A stretch of DNA of 63,297 nucleotides, filler included, from Clostridiaceae bacterium (GTDB lineage Bacteria > Bacillota > Clostridia > CAYPLH01 > DUMO01): assembly GCA_012839865.1 (NCBI GenBank). It is 3 parts of 3 records of this genome, joined end to end, with 100 filler letters (N's around TTAATTAATTAA, not from the genome) between each part and the next. Parts side by side here need not be neighbours in the genome. Positions count along the whole stretch, not along the records: positions 19,278 to 46,874 come from DUMO01000046.1; 2 more parts are not named here. One strand, given 5' to 3'. Shown piece by piece: positions 20,198 through 30,720 of the stretch (its first letter is position 1; the number at the start of each line of letters is the position of its first letter). The translations under genes and the position numbers were made by a program. The notes beneath the pieces were generated by a model. That model ran no database searches. It was not told the origin of the DNA and saw only the letters and a list, made by a program, of their open reading frames with translations.

Positions 20198-22330
20198 TTA
20201 TCGAATTAGTGTGAAGTTTCTGAAAACATTTACCAGCGTATTTGCAACTGTTGACATTGTCTTGATGAAGATATCAAGTGCAACACCAACAACATCCTTG
20301 CGTGTATCGCCGACAGTATCACCGGTAACCGCTGATTTATGGGCTGCTGTTCCTTTGCCGTGCCCCTTCAGAGCTCCGGATTCGATATACTTCTTTGCAT
20401 TATCGAAAGTACCACCGGAATTTCCCATGAAGATGGCGCGAGGGATAGCGACGATTGTAGCCCCAATCAGCAAGCCACCAACAAAATCAACACCGAAAAT
20501 AAATCCACCAAGCACAGGAATCACCATAGCTAATACGGAAGGGAGCAGCATTTTGCGGAGGGCTCCCTGCGTTGCCATCTGAATCATGCGGTTATAGTCC
20601 GGGCGAACTTTGCCTTCCATGACACCGGGAATAGACAAAAGCTTGTCACCTTCATCAGCCATTGCACGTGCGGATTCAATCGTATTGTCCGTCAGGATCG
20701 CACTGAAGTATTCCACCAGGGCACCACCAATCACCGCACCGGCAATCACAGTGAAACTGGCAAAATTCAGAATTATTTCCGAGTTTGCCGGAGTATAGTT
20801 GCCAACATATGAGACAATCAAGCTAACCGTAGCAAAAGCAGCACTACCTATGGCAAAACCCTTGCCAATGGCTGCAGTCGTATTTCCAACGGAATCCAGC
20901 TTGTCCGTAATCACGCGAACATCATCGGGAAGGTGGCAGCTTTCAGCCAAACCACCGGCATTATCAGCAATCGGTCCAAACGCGTCAATTGAAACTGTCG
21001 TACCAACGAAAGCAAGCATGCCGAGAGACGCAACAGCAATACCATAGGTACCGCCAATTCTTCCGCTGATAAAAAGTGCGATTCCAATCACTAGAATCGG
21101 CAGCAGGCAGCTGCGGCTTCCAATTGCGTCACCTTTGGTTATAATAAAGGCGTCGCCCTCTGGTGCCATTTCAGCAAGTTTCCGGGTAGGTTTATAGTCA
21201 GAGGAAGTATAATATTCCGTAATGGAACCGATAGCCACACCGCTGGCAAGTCCAAGTACTGCGCAAATCCACGGGCTCAGCCAACTTGCTACCCATCCAT
21301 ATGTTTTTAAATCTGTAGCATCCATCTTTCCAAAGACAAACCAGGAAGCTCCAAGACCGATAATGACAGTCAATCCTGCGGAGATCCAGGTGGCCAGATT
21401 CAATTCGTGAGAAGGATTGCTTCCCATCTTTTTCACATTTGCAAACAGCATACCAACCAGGCAGCTCAATAAACCTGCCCCTGCAAGGATGATCGGGAAA
21501 ATCACAGTCGGAATGAACATTTGTTCGATATTGAATTTCTGGAACAAGATAACAGCAATCATAATTGTAGCAGACATCGTTGCGACAAAACTCTCAAGAA
21601 GGTCTGAGCAATTACCGGCAATATCATTGACATTGTCACCGATGAAGTCGGCAATTACATTCGGAACCCTGCTGTCATCCTCAGGAAGATCATTCCGGAT
21701 TTTTCCCAGAATATCAGCGGAAATATCCGCAGCTTTTGTATAATTGCCACCCGCTACACGGTTGAACATGGCTACCAAAGAACATCCGAGGGAGTATGTT
21801 GATATACGCATCACAGAAGCGTTAATTCCGCTAAGGTGAATCAGTAGACCGCTGCCATCTGTTTGATGGTTGACTCCGCCCCATATCAGCAGAACCGCAA
21901 CCAGGCCGAGCATTCCAAAGGCCTGTACACTCAAGCCGGAGATGCTGCCTCCACACAACGCCACTTTAACAGTATCACCTATAGACATGCTTTCACGTGC
22001 CTTGTTTGCTGTTCTTACGTTAGCGTATGTAGCGCTTTTCATTCCGAGTACGCACACACAACTACTCATGGTAGCACCCATCAGGAAAGTAATACCACTG
22101 GTTTTTTCTACAAAAAGTGATAAAGTCAATGCAATCAAAGCGACAACAACTATAATGGTTTTATATTCAGTTATCATAAATGCATTCGCGCCAGAGCGGA
22201 TAATTGCAGCCATTTCGACCATATTAGCCGTTCCCTCCGGCATTTTGCGGATCCGGATATAATTCCAGGCCACATATAAAAGGGTAAGAATAATAATACA
22301 TAGTACAGTAATGATCCAGGTGATAGACAT
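20198..22330 (-). CDS. hppA: Membrane-bound cation-translocating pyrophosphatase, sequence-divergent
   Basis: 710 aa polytopic protein; RVAGGNYTKAAD, DAFGPIADNAGG, DSVGNTTAAIGKGF, DNAKKY and GDTVGD motifs. Confidence 0.92.
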   Translation of the reverse strand: MSITWIITVLCIIILTLLYVAWNYIRIRKMPEGTANMVEMAAIIRSGANAFMITEYKTIIVVVALIALTLSLFVEKTSGITFLMGATMSSCVCVLGMKSATYANVRTANKARESMSIGDTVKVALCGGSISGLSVQAFGMLGLVAVLLIWGGVNHQTDGSGLLIHLSGINASVMRISTYSLGCSLVAMFNRVAGGNYTKAADISADILGKIRNDLPEDDSRVPNVIADFIGDNVNDIAGNCSDLLESFVATMSATIMIAVILFQKFNIEQMFIPTVIFPIILAGAGLLSCLVGMLFANVKKMGSNPSHELNLATWISAGLTVIIGLGASWFVFGKMDATDLKTYGWVASWLSPWICAVLGLASGVAIGSITEYYTSSDYKPTRKLAEMAPEGDAFIITKGDAIGSRSCLLPILVIGIALFISGRIGGTYGIAVASLGMLAFVGTTVSIDAFGPIADNAGGLAESCHLPDDVRVITDKLDSVGNTTAAIGKGFAIGSAAFATVSLIVSYVGNYTPANSEIILNFASFTVIAGAVIGGALVEYFSAILTDNTIESARAMADEGDKLLSIPGVMEGKVRPDYNRMIQMATQGALRKMLLPSVLAMVIPVLGGFIFGVDFVGGLLIGATIVAIPRAIFMGNSGGTFDNAKKYIESGALKGHGKGTAAHKSAVTGDTVGDTRKDVVGVALDIFIKTMSTVANTLVNVFRNFTLIR

Positions 22331-22554
22331 TTTTTTCCTTCCTTTCAGTTTTTGCTTCGTTTCTTTGTATCGGTTTGTTCCAAGTCAGGATATAACTGCC
22401 AGAGAAGTGCTTTTTTATTCTCCTTGCAATTGACCCAAAACATTTCGAATTATACAATATTTTGTCGCTAATTTTCCGGAAAGAATAACTCAGTATGCAA
22501 AAATTCATTACGAGATACGCGATGCCATGATATAATGGTTATGTATGTTCGGAG

Positions 22555-23637
22555 GTGAGTCGTACGGATAAATTAAGAGCATTTCTTCAAAAAAATAAAA
22601 CATTCAAAAATGTGCTTATCCTTCTGTTAACACTCGGCGCAACGATCGGACTCGCAGTACTTTTGTCCTTCGCCAATGACGATAACAACCCCTTTGCCAT
22701 AGCTATTTTTATAATGGCCGTGGTCATTGTGGCCCGATGGACTGACGGGTACATTTGGGGAATAATTGCTGCATTCATTGGTACATTATGCGTAAGATAT
22801 ATGTTCACATATCCATATTGGACATTCAGTATCGATTATACAGAATTTCCTCTGACTTTTACGGTCATGCTGATTGTATCTATTCTGATCAGTACACTGA
22901 CTACACAGATCAAACAGCAGGAACGGCTTCGCTTTGACATAGAACGAGAAAAAATGCATTCCAATTTATTGCGTGCGATTGCTCATGATTTGCGCACGCC
23001 TTTGACTGCCATTATCGGTGCAAGTTCAACAATACAGGAACAGGAATTATCCAGGGCCGATCTGATCCGTTTGGCGGAAGGCATCCGTAGAGATGCGGAA
23101 TGGCTTGTCCGTGTAACTGAAAACCTGTTGTCTGTCACCCGTGTCAGCAATAATCATATGATCAAAAAAGAGGGTGAAGTATTGGAGGAGATTATCGGCA
23201 GCGCGATCATGAAATATCATCGGCTTCCGGATTCTTTGCCCGTGGAATCCGACACACTCAAAGATATCATTCTTGTTCCGATGGACGCAATGTTGATCGA
23301 GCAGGTATTGATCAACTTGTTCGATAATGTAAGTGCACATGCAGAGGGCGCCTCCAAAATATGGATTCACCTCAGAAATGAGAATGGTATGGTTTTCATT
23401 TCTGTCGAAGATGATGGGTGCGGCATTCCGGCGTCATTGTTGCCTCAGATTCTTGACGGAACATATCTGTCAAAACGCAGCAGGAGCGATGATCGGCGTA
23501 ACATGGGAATAGGATTATCTGTGTGCAGATCCATCATCGAAGCACATGAGGGACAATTGTTTGCCGGGAAGAGTCGTCATGGTGGTGCTGCATTTGAATT
23601 CTCATTACCGTGCAAGGAGGATATGTATGTCGAATAA
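22555..23637 (+). CDS. Short KdpD-like sensor histidine kinase (DUF4118-type TM region + HisKA + HATPase)
   Basis: About 4 N-terminal TMs; H-box AIAHDLRTPLTAIIGAS; N-box EQVLINLFDN; DDGCG and GIGLSVC; only 360 aa. Confidence 0.85.
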   Translation: MSRTDKLRAFLQKNKTFKNVLILLLTLGATIGLAVLLSFANDDNNPFAIAIFIMAVVIVARWTDGYIWGIIAAFIGTLCVRYMFTYPYWTFSIDYTEFPLTFTVMLIVSILISTLTTQIKQQERLRFDIEREKMHSNLLRAIAHDLRTPLTAIIGASSTIQEQELSRADLIRLAEGIRRDAEWLVRVTENLLSVTRVSNNHMIKKEGEVLEEIIGSAIMKYHRLPDSLPVESDTLKDIILVPMDAMLIEQVLINLFDNVSAHAEGASKIWIHLRNENGMVFISVEDDGCGIPASLLPQILDGTYLSKRSRSDDRRNMGIGLSVCRSIIEAHEGQLFAGKSRHGGAAFEFSLPCKEDMYVE

Positions 23638-24355
23638 GATACTTCAAAAGATTTTGATTATTGAGGACGATCCGGGTATTTTGAACTATCTGAAAACAAC
23701 AGTTAGCGCGGCCGGATATGATACCATTACTGCAACTGATGGAAATTTGGCACTCCATATGATTACTTCTCACTGTCCCGATTGTATTTTGCTGGATCTT
23801 GGACTTCCGGATATGGATGGCAGTGATATCATAACGAGTGTCCGGAAATGGACATTGACCCCCATCATCGTGATTTCTGCGCGAAACTCGGATGAAGACA
23901 AAGCGGCTGCTTTGGACTCCGGGGCAGATGACTATATAACGAAGCCATTTAGTTCAATCGAATTACTTGCCCGTATACGAACAGCATTAAGGCATTCACT
24001 TACCGCATCAGGAAACAAAGAAATTGGAATAGACGGTTGCTATCATGTCGGAGAACTGGAAATTGACTATAAAAAGTTAAGAGTGTGCGTGCGCGGGGAA
24101 GATGTTCATCTAACTCCGAACGAATTCAGAATTGTAGCTTTACTGGGCAAACATCCGGGGCGTGTGCTGACATATAAATCGATGTTGCGTGAGCTTTGGG
24201 GACCCTCCGCACCTATGGATAACAAAATTTTACGTGTTCATATGGCCAGTATCCGCAGAAAAATTGAAGATGATCCGACGAACCCCCGGTATATTTTCAC
24301 AGAGGTTGGCGTTGGCTACAGAATTGCCGAGAACACGCAGGAAACCGACGATTGA
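23627..24355 (+). CDS. kdpE: KdpE-like OmpR-family response regulator
   Basis: ILIIEDD, LLDLGLPDMDG, ALDSGADDYITKPF, LRVHMASIRRKIE, YIFTEVGVGYR; ATG 23627 behind AAGGAGG, overlapping the kinase stop. Confidence 0.85.
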   Translation: MSNKILQKILIIEDDPGILNYLKTTVSAAGYDTITATDGNLALHMITSHCPDCILLDLGLPDMDGSDIITSVRKWTLTPIIVISARNSDEDKAAALDSGADDYITKPFSSIELLARIRTALRHSLTASGNKEIGIDGCYHVGELEIDYKKLRVCVRGEDVHLTPNEFRIVALLGKHPGRVLTYKSMLRELWGPSAPMDNKILRVHMASIRRKIEDDPTNPRYIFTEVGVGYRIAENTQETDD

Positions 24356-24514
24356 ATATCAGTTTTATTAAGTATAACCAATACTTGTTGTATATATCTT
24401 CCATATTTTTTTGTTCAGACTCCGACTCCCTGTGCATAAGAGATTAGTCCAACATGGATTTTTCAACCTGAATTCGAGAATTATCGGTTTGAAATGCCTT
24501 GTTATCAAGCCTGC

Positions 24515-25870
24515 TTAGTTTTCTTCAGAAATTTCTTTTACAACTTCACAATTCGAAGTATTCAAGGTATTATTGCAGTTAACTGCGGAGGCTTGAAACA
24601 TTCGTGAAAACCTTGGGCCTTTAAAAAACATGAATATCACAAAGCTGCATGTCGTAAAGGAAATGATATAAAGAAGCTGATAATTTCCATAGGCAAATAT
24701 TCGATTTCCGATTACAGGGAGATGATTCATTAGAATACTGCCAATAACCGGTGCAAAAAGCGTGCAAAGGCCATACACCGCTCCGAACCAGCCTTCATAC
24801 ACCGTTCTGTTATCCTCAGGCATAAGGTCATACCTGTAGTTCACCAGGCAGATATTGAAGCCTCCGTTGCCTATCCCGCTGAACACCGGTGCTATGTAAA
24901 GAAGAAAATAAGTTTTTTCGGTGAGGAATCCATAAACCAAAAATTCCAGGGCTATTATAAATGCAGTTGCAGCGAATACAAATTCCATACCTTTTTTGTG
25001 TTCCATCCTGCTCCAGAATTGTGTCGATAAAACCATAAAAACATAGGAAACCATCGTAATACTTGAAACAAATGTGTAATCAAATTTCAGGTACTTCACA
25101 AGATAAAGGGGCGAATATGAAGAAGATATCGTAAGAGTGATATAAAAAAAGAATGTAAATATCAAATATTTCCTGTAGTCAATTTTTTTTACCGGGTCAA
25201 GAAAAACCGACATATCGAACTTTTCCTGCTTCACCGCTTTTTTCTCTGGTTCTTCTATTTTAAGCAATACGATGATGTCAAGAACGGCAAGCACAAGGCT
25301 GGCAAGGTAAACTACAAGGAATCCTCCATAGCTTTTATTAAAATAGTCAAGTACATACCCCGAGCTGATCATAACAGCTATAATTCCAATCCTTAATATT
25401 AGCATTCTGGTATACATGAAGCTGCTTCTGTTCTCTTTTGGGGAGACACTCATAATCCATACCATCCAGCCAACAGAATAAAAACCCCATAGTATATTTC
25501 CTGCTATTACCATGGTTGATGCAACTGTCAGAAGAACCGCCTGGCTTTTTATGAATAAAGGCAGGAAGATTATGCTGCAAACCAGCAGCCTCGAAAGCGA
25601 AACCAATGCGATAAGGAAACCTTTTCGCTTTTCAAGCCTTTCATATACTAAAAATGAGAAAATAGAGGCCATTGTTGCCCATGCGTTGGAGCTGTTCAAA
25701 ATACCCACCAGGAAATCTGAAGCATTTAACAAAACCATATATCCGGACACATAAATTCCCTGGTTTAATACAAGAGATGCATTTATCAGAACCGCCTCGA
25801 TAATAAATAAAAGCTGATTTCTGTTATAACTGCTTTTGAGCCTTCTTGCCGCTACTTTGAAAAATCTCAA
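24515..25870 (-). CDS. MFS transporter
   Basis: 451 aa, about 12 hydrophobic segments in two bundles; TTG start. Confidence 0.75.
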   Translation of the reverse strand: MRFFKVAARRLKSSYNRNQLLFIIEAVLINASLVLNQGIYVSGYMVLLNASDFLVGILNSSNAWATMASIFSFLVYERLEKRKGFLIALVSLSRLLVCSIIFLPLFIKSQAVLLTVASTMVIAGNILWGFYSVGWMVWIMSVSPKENRSSFMYTRMLILRIGIIAVMISSGYVLDYFNKSYGGFLVVYLASLVLAVLDIIVLLKIEEPEKKAVKQEKFDMSVFLDPVKKIDYRKYLIFTFFFYITLTISSSYSPLYLVKYLKFDYTFVSSITMVSYVFMVLSTQFWSRMEHKKGMEFVFAATAFIIALEFLVYGFLTEKTYFLLYIAPVFSGIGNGGFNICLVNYRYDLMPEDNRTVYEGWFGAVYGLCTLFAPVIGSILMNHLPVIGNRIFAYGNYQLLYIISFTTCSFVIFMFFKGPRFSRMFQASAVNCNNTLNTSNCEVVKEISEEN

Positions 25871-26156
25871 ATTAACACTCCTCGTTTCACAAATCCAAAT
25901 GCAACCCTATTAATTATACTTCAAGTCGGGAAAAGTTTGTATACTCTGATAAAAGATTTTGAGTCATCTTGGAAGAAAAGTCGCTGTGCAGATCTACATC
26001 AAAAAAAGCCAATTGTACGGCAAGGCAAATAGGAATCTGGAAAGAATGAAATATATGCCAGGTTGTGCTTGAATATTTACAAGCAATACAGATTACAAGG
26101 GAACGGATCCATATCTTGTTCAAGACATGAAACCGCCCCCCTGTCCTGGCTGGCTT

Positions 26157-28772
26157 CTATAAATTCTCACACTTCAGGGCATCCAGTATGTTCTCGTTGC
26201 GTATTTTTCTCATGGAATAGATCATGGTTACAAATACTACTATAAATACACTCAAAACGCTGGTTAGAATGCTGCTTACAGGTAACTGGAAGGCTATATC
26301 GACTCCCTGCCGCAGGCTTTTGAAAATCATCCACGTGAACAACAGTGCAACCGGAATTCCATAGATTAGGGACTTCAGCCCGTAAAATACACATTCATAA
26401 TTCAACATTTTATTAAAGCCGCTCTTAGTCATTCCCACCGATTTCAGCATTGCAAATTCCTTTCTTCGAAGATTCATATTGGTGGAAATGGTGTTGAATA
26501 CATTGGCAATTGCAATTAATGATATCAGGGTTATGAACCCATAGGAGAACACCATCATTACGGTAATTATGTTCTTTGTGCTTTGCATGTCCGCAGCGGC
26601 ATTATACAAACCTGACGTATCAAACCCTGCATCTATGAGTATATCTTTAATTTTGACTTCAGCTTTCGCAGGGTCCTTAGCTTTTATGATCAATGTCACA
26701 TCGCCCCAGTTATCTTCAATGCCTTCATAGAATTTATTTGTCATATCAAAGTCCACAATAAGTGTAGTATAATTGCCATTGGAGTAATCATCTACGGCAA
26801 GGGGTGCCCAGTCTGCATATGCAGCTATATAAACTTCGATTTCACTATAACCGTCTTTGTCTGTGTAAAGTGATACCGGCAGAGGCCAGGGCTTTCTCTC
26901 TTTGAATACTGTCATATCAATATAACGCTTTTCTTCATAATCATAATAATGCTGATGGTCAAGCAATACTCCGGTTAATATTTCAGAGTTTTCAAAATCT
27001 TTGATATCAAGTCCAAGGTCGCTGATATATTTTACAAATGCATCATGCTGAATTCCGCAAATAAGGAGTCCAACGTTTATACTTTCCTTATCCCTCATAT
27101 ATCCCTTAATTAAGCTCTTATTGTAGAAAGTTTCAGTAACCTTGTCTGTTGGAATGACTGAATTTACAAATATATCTTTCACGTACTGCCCTTCGCTTAC
27201 CTCTTCCATGGCAAGTATGCTGTTAAATGCGGTCATCATGGAATCGCTAAGCTTTTTTTGTCCCGTATAATAACAAATATCATATTTTTTAACTTCATAA
27301 ACGCTTTTGGTGCCGTCCACAAGATATTTGCAAAATGCCGAAGTTGAAACAAATAATACAATACTTATGAACAGAGATACAACAGTGCTCCTGTACCTCC
27401 GCTTGTTTCTCCTGAAGTTTTTGACGGCAAGATTCCCCTCCATTCCAAACAACATCCGGATAATTGGGGAAGTCCTTACCTGTTTCCCGCTCAGTCTGAT
27501 ATCCGTAGTTTGCCGTATGGCCTCAATGGCTGATATTTTTGCCGCCCTGTGGGCCGGGATGAAAGCGGATATTAAAATTGTCACCAAAGCCGTAACTGCT
27601 GCAGCAATTATAGCTGCTGCAGAAACTGTAAGTGTTGGCGCTAATGTAACATTGGAAATACTCATGAAAGAAGCAAAAATGTCCTTCAAAAAGTAGAGAG
27701 TCGTGCCGATTCCCACTATCCCTGAAAGTATCCCCAGAGGGATTCCGACGGCCCCTATCACAAGTGCCTCAAACAGAACGGAATGTTTTAACTGCCTGCT
27801 TGTCGCGCCTGCCCCCGAAAGAAGGCCAAACTGTCTTTTCCGCTCGCTTACCGAGATGGAAAACGAGTTGTATATAAGGGATACCGACCCTATCATTATA
27901 AGCAGAATCAATATCGCTGCAAGGCTGTACAAAACCCTGATAAAAACATCATTGGTACTTACGCCCTGGTACATCAGCAATTCCCTGTTGTATTGGTAAG
28001 CTTCAATGTACCCGGCATCTGCAATGCTTTCGGTAATTTTATAAATCCGGCGTATGTTTTTAGCTTTAAAAAATATATCCACCTTGTCTTCCCCGGACAG
28101 CTTATCCTCGTTCAAAACAGTAACAATTGAATATCCTGGTGCATTATACTCTTCCAGCGTATAAGGAAGCCGCTCACATATCCCTGTTACGGTAAATTCC
28201 CGGGTTTGCTCAACAACAAGCCTTTCTGTCATCCCGTCATCCCCATGCAGGTAACCACTCAGTTGGTTCAAAACAATGCCGCCTTCCGACAAGCGGTGGC
28301 CTATATCAAGCTTCAGTTTATCTCCCGGCTTGTATTCCACGCCTCCGTTTGTAAACACATGGTATGAAACAAGCACTTCATTTTCATTTTCAGGAAGCCT
28401 TCCGGTTATCAGGCGGACAGGCAATGAACCCATGGCTTTTTCATCAAGCTCCAGAATGTGAAGATATGGCTTATTTCCATTCTTGCTGCCCTCCAGCATT
28501 GCATAACCGCCGCTTTTAACAACAAAAACATTTTCCAGTTCTTCCATTTCCGAAAGAGTATTTGCTTGCTCCAAATTGCCGCCATAAAGGTGGGTATGCC
28601 AGTCACCTTCCATAATTATGGCAGTCCTGACAAGGTAATTTTGCATGCTTGAAACCAGTGTAGTTACTGCAGTTAACATTGCCGCTGAAAGGATGACACC
28701 GATTATAGTTACGATAGTCCGTATCTTGTTCTTTTTCAGAACTTTTAAGGTAACCCTGTTAATGATATTCAT
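26157..28772 (-). CDS. ABC transporter permease, FtsX/MacB family
   Basis: 871 aa; KIRTIVTIIGV start and two FtsX motifs (ISVSERKRQFGLL, RRKEFAMLKSVG). Confidence 0.88.
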   Translation of the reverse strand: MNIINRVTLKVLKKNKIRTIVTIIGVILSAAMLTAVTTLVSSMQNYLVRTAIIMEGDWHTHLYGGNLEQANTLSEMEELENVFVVKSGGYAMLEGSKNGNKPYLHILELDEKAMGSLPVRLITGRLPENENEVLVSYHVFTNGGVEYKPGDKLKLDIGHRLSEGGIVLNQLSGYLHGDDGMTERLVVEQTREFTVTGICERLPYTLEEYNAPGYSIVTVLNEDKLSGEDKVDIFFKAKNIRRIYKITESIADAGYIEAYQYNRELLMYQGVSTNDVFIRVLYSLAAILILLIMIGSVSLIYNSFSISVSERKRQFGLLSGAGATSRQLKHSVLFEALVIGAVGIPLGILSGIVGIGTTLYFLKDIFASFMSISNVTLAPTLTVSAAAIIAAAVTALVTILISAFIPAHRAAKISAIEAIRQTTDIRLSGKQVRTSPIIRMLFGMEGNLAVKNFRRNKRRYRSTVVSLFISIVLFVSTSAFCKYLVDGTKSVYEVKKYDICYYTGQKKLSDSMMTAFNSILAMEEVSEGQYVKDIFVNSVIPTDKVTETFYNKSLIKGYMRDKESINVGLLICGIQHDAFVKYISDLGLDIKDFENSEILTGVLLDHQHYYDYEEKRYIDMTVFKERKPWPLPVSLYTDKDGYSEIEVYIAAYADWAPLAVDDYSNGNYTTLIVDFDMTNKFYEGIEDNWGDVTLIIKAKDPAKAEVKIKDILIDAGFDTSGLYNAAADMQSTKNIITVMMVFSYGFITLISLIAIANVFNTISTNMNLRRKEFAMLKSVGMTKSGFNKMLNYECVFYGLKSLIYGIPVALLFTWMIFKSLRQGVDIAFQLPVSSILTSVLSVFIVVFVTMIYSMRKIRNENILDALKCENL

Positions 28773-29452
28773 GAGCCAATCACCTCATCATTGGCTATTC
28801 TGCCGTCCTGAATGCTTATAACTCTGTTGGCCTGCAGGGCTATTTTTTCGTCATGGGTGATTACAATCAATGTCTGGTTGTATTTTTTATTGTAAAGCTT
28901 CAAAAGGCTCACAATTTCCGCGCTGTTCCTGCTGTCAAGGTTTCCTGTGGGTTCATCGGCAAGCACAAGAGCCGGGTTGTTAATTAAGGCACGTCCGATG
29001 GATACCCTCTGCTGCTCCCCTCCGGAAAGCTCATTGGGAAGGTGATTTTTGCGGTCCTTTAGCCCCAATGTATTCAATAGTTCATTAAGGTGGTTTTTGT
29101 CCTCTTTCCTGCCATCAAGGAGCAGCGGCAGGGTAATGTTTTCTTCAACATTAAGTACCGGTATCAGATTGTAGAATTGATAAATAAGCCCGATCTGCCT
29201 TCTTCTGAAAATTGCAAGATTTGACTCATTCAGGCTGTATATGTCGGTTCCGCCAATATATACTTTTCCTGATGTGGGGTAGTCCACACCTCCAATAATA
29301 TGAAGCAAGGTTGACTTGCCTGAGCCGGATGGCCCTATAACCGCCAAAAATTCACCTTTTCGAACCGTAAAGGAAACATTGTCCAGGGCTGTTACTGCGG
29401 TGCGCCCCTTGCCATAAATTTTTGTAAGATTTTCAACTCTCAGTATCTCCAT
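28769..29452 (-). CDS. ABC transporter ATP-binding protein (LolD/MacB-like)
   Basis: Walker [10 protein letters not shown], signature [21 protein letters not shown] 29452 behind GGAGG. Confidence 0.93.
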   Translation of the reverse strand: MEILRVENLTKIYGKGRTAVTALDNVSFTVRKGEFLAVIGPSGSGKSTLLHIIGGVDYPTSGKVYIGGTDIYSLNESNLAIFRRRQIGLIYQFYNLIPVLNVEENITLPLLLDGRKEDKNHLNELLNTLGLKDRKNHLPNELSGGEQQRVSIGRALINNPALVLADEPTGNLDSRNSAEIVSLLKLYNKKYNQTLIVITHDEKIALQANRVISIQDGRIANDEVIGS

Positions 29453-29526
29453 ACTATACCTCCGGGTTATCATGCGTAATATATTCCAATTGGAAAATTT
29501 CTCAATGTTAATGTTATTTAATCATG

Positions 29527-29565
29527 GTGACAATTCGGTGACTGTGCTTGTGACAATTTTGTCAC
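29527..29565. promoter_or_regulatory. Candidate response-regulator boxes upstream of the ABC operon
   Basis: GTGAC at 29527, 29538 and 29550 (11-12 bp period) plus an inverted copy TTGTCAC at 29559. Confidence 0.55.
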
Positions 29566-29674
29566 TGTCCGGATAATTTTCAATGGGGTTTTTATCATGA
29601 GCCAATTTGGAAAAAAGGATAAATGCTTATAAGCTATGCGCCTGTGGGAAATAACTTACAATAAATGGCATAAA

Positions 29675-30679
29675 TCACAATACGGTTTTATTCAACCGGA
29701 TTGTAAAAGTACTGCCTTTCCCAGGCTTGCTGTCTACTGAAATTTCTCCGCCCTGCCCTTCAATAATGCTTTTTGACATGGCAAGCCCTATGCCGGCACT
29801 TTCAGGCATACTGCCTTTTCCCCTGTAAAACCGGGAGAAAATATGGGGAAGATCCTCTTTTTCTATTCCTTTTCCGTTATCGGCAATTTTAATTTCCGAG
29901 AACAAGGGGTTGTCCGCCACAGAAATTTGAATTTTGCCTCCCTTAGGGGTATGCTCCACGCAATTCTTTAAAATATTGATAATTGCTTCGGCAGTCCATC
30001 TCAAATCACATTTTATATAATTTTCCTCTCCGTCCATGCTATATTCTATTTCCTTAAGCTCCATTGAAACAAGCAAAGGATTTATGGCATCCTTAATCAA
30101 ATCCTTTGCCAATACCTTTTCACCTTTCATTTTGACAACTCCCGCATCAAGCCTTGAAATCGTAAGGAGAGAAGAAACAAGCCACTTTAAGCGCTCCAAC
30201 TGAGAGTATATATGTGATGTAAACTCGATTCGCTTGTCTGGAGGCAGGTTTTCATTACGAAGCAGGTCTGCCATCACCATCATTGATGTAAGAGGAGTTT
30301 TTATCTGGTGGGAAATATCTGCAAGCTGTTCCGACAAGTAAGCCTTTTCTTTTATCAGCCTTTCATTGTATTCAGAGAGCATCAATGTCACTTTATAAAT
30401 TTCACTTTTTAATATGCTTAATTCCCCTTCCCTGTTGTCCCGGACATCCAGCACTTGTTCACCCTTGCATAGACGCCTTAAATACTCGGATAATTCCCTT
30501 ATTTTTCTGTAACGGTAGATTGTAAACAATAAAAATATCATACATAGAATGATTACCGATAAAAGAACAAGCAAGCCGGTAGGAATGCTTATTATAAAGC
30601 CTGCTGAGACAAGCATCAAAGATATAAAAGCAATTACCGTTGAAATTATTTTGATTTCAGGGTTTCTGAAAAAACTCAT
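29675..30679 (-). CDS. Sensor histidine kinase (intramembrane-sensing type)
   Basis: Two closely spaced N-terminal TMs; H-box DISHQIKTP; NILKN, DNGKGI, FYRG and GIGL motifs. Confidence 0.9.
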   Translation of the reverse strand: MSFFRNPEIKIISTVIAFISLMLVSAGFIISIPTGLLVLLSVIILCMIFLLFTIYRYRKIRELSEYLRRLCKGEQVLDVRDNREGELSILKSEIYKVTLMLSEYNERLIKEKAYLSEQLADISHQIKTPLTSMMVMADLLRNENLPPDKRIEFTSHIYSQLERLKWLVSSLLTISRLDAGVVKMKGEKVLAKDLIKDAINPLLVSMELKEIEYSMDGEENYIKCDLRWTAEAIINILKNCVEHTPKGGKIQISVADNPLFSEIKIADNGKGIEKEDLPHIFSRFYRGKGSMPESAGIGLAMSKSIIEGQGGEISVDSKPGKGSTFTIRLNKTVL

Positions 30680-30720
30680 AAAATTCTCCTGCTCCCTATA
30701 CTTTTCATGAAATTAACCTG

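Noticed and set aside
22331..22554. A KdpE-type binding box in the hppA-kinase intergenic region
   Set aside because: No convincing TTTA(T/C)A direct repeat at 11-bp spacing could be read by eye.
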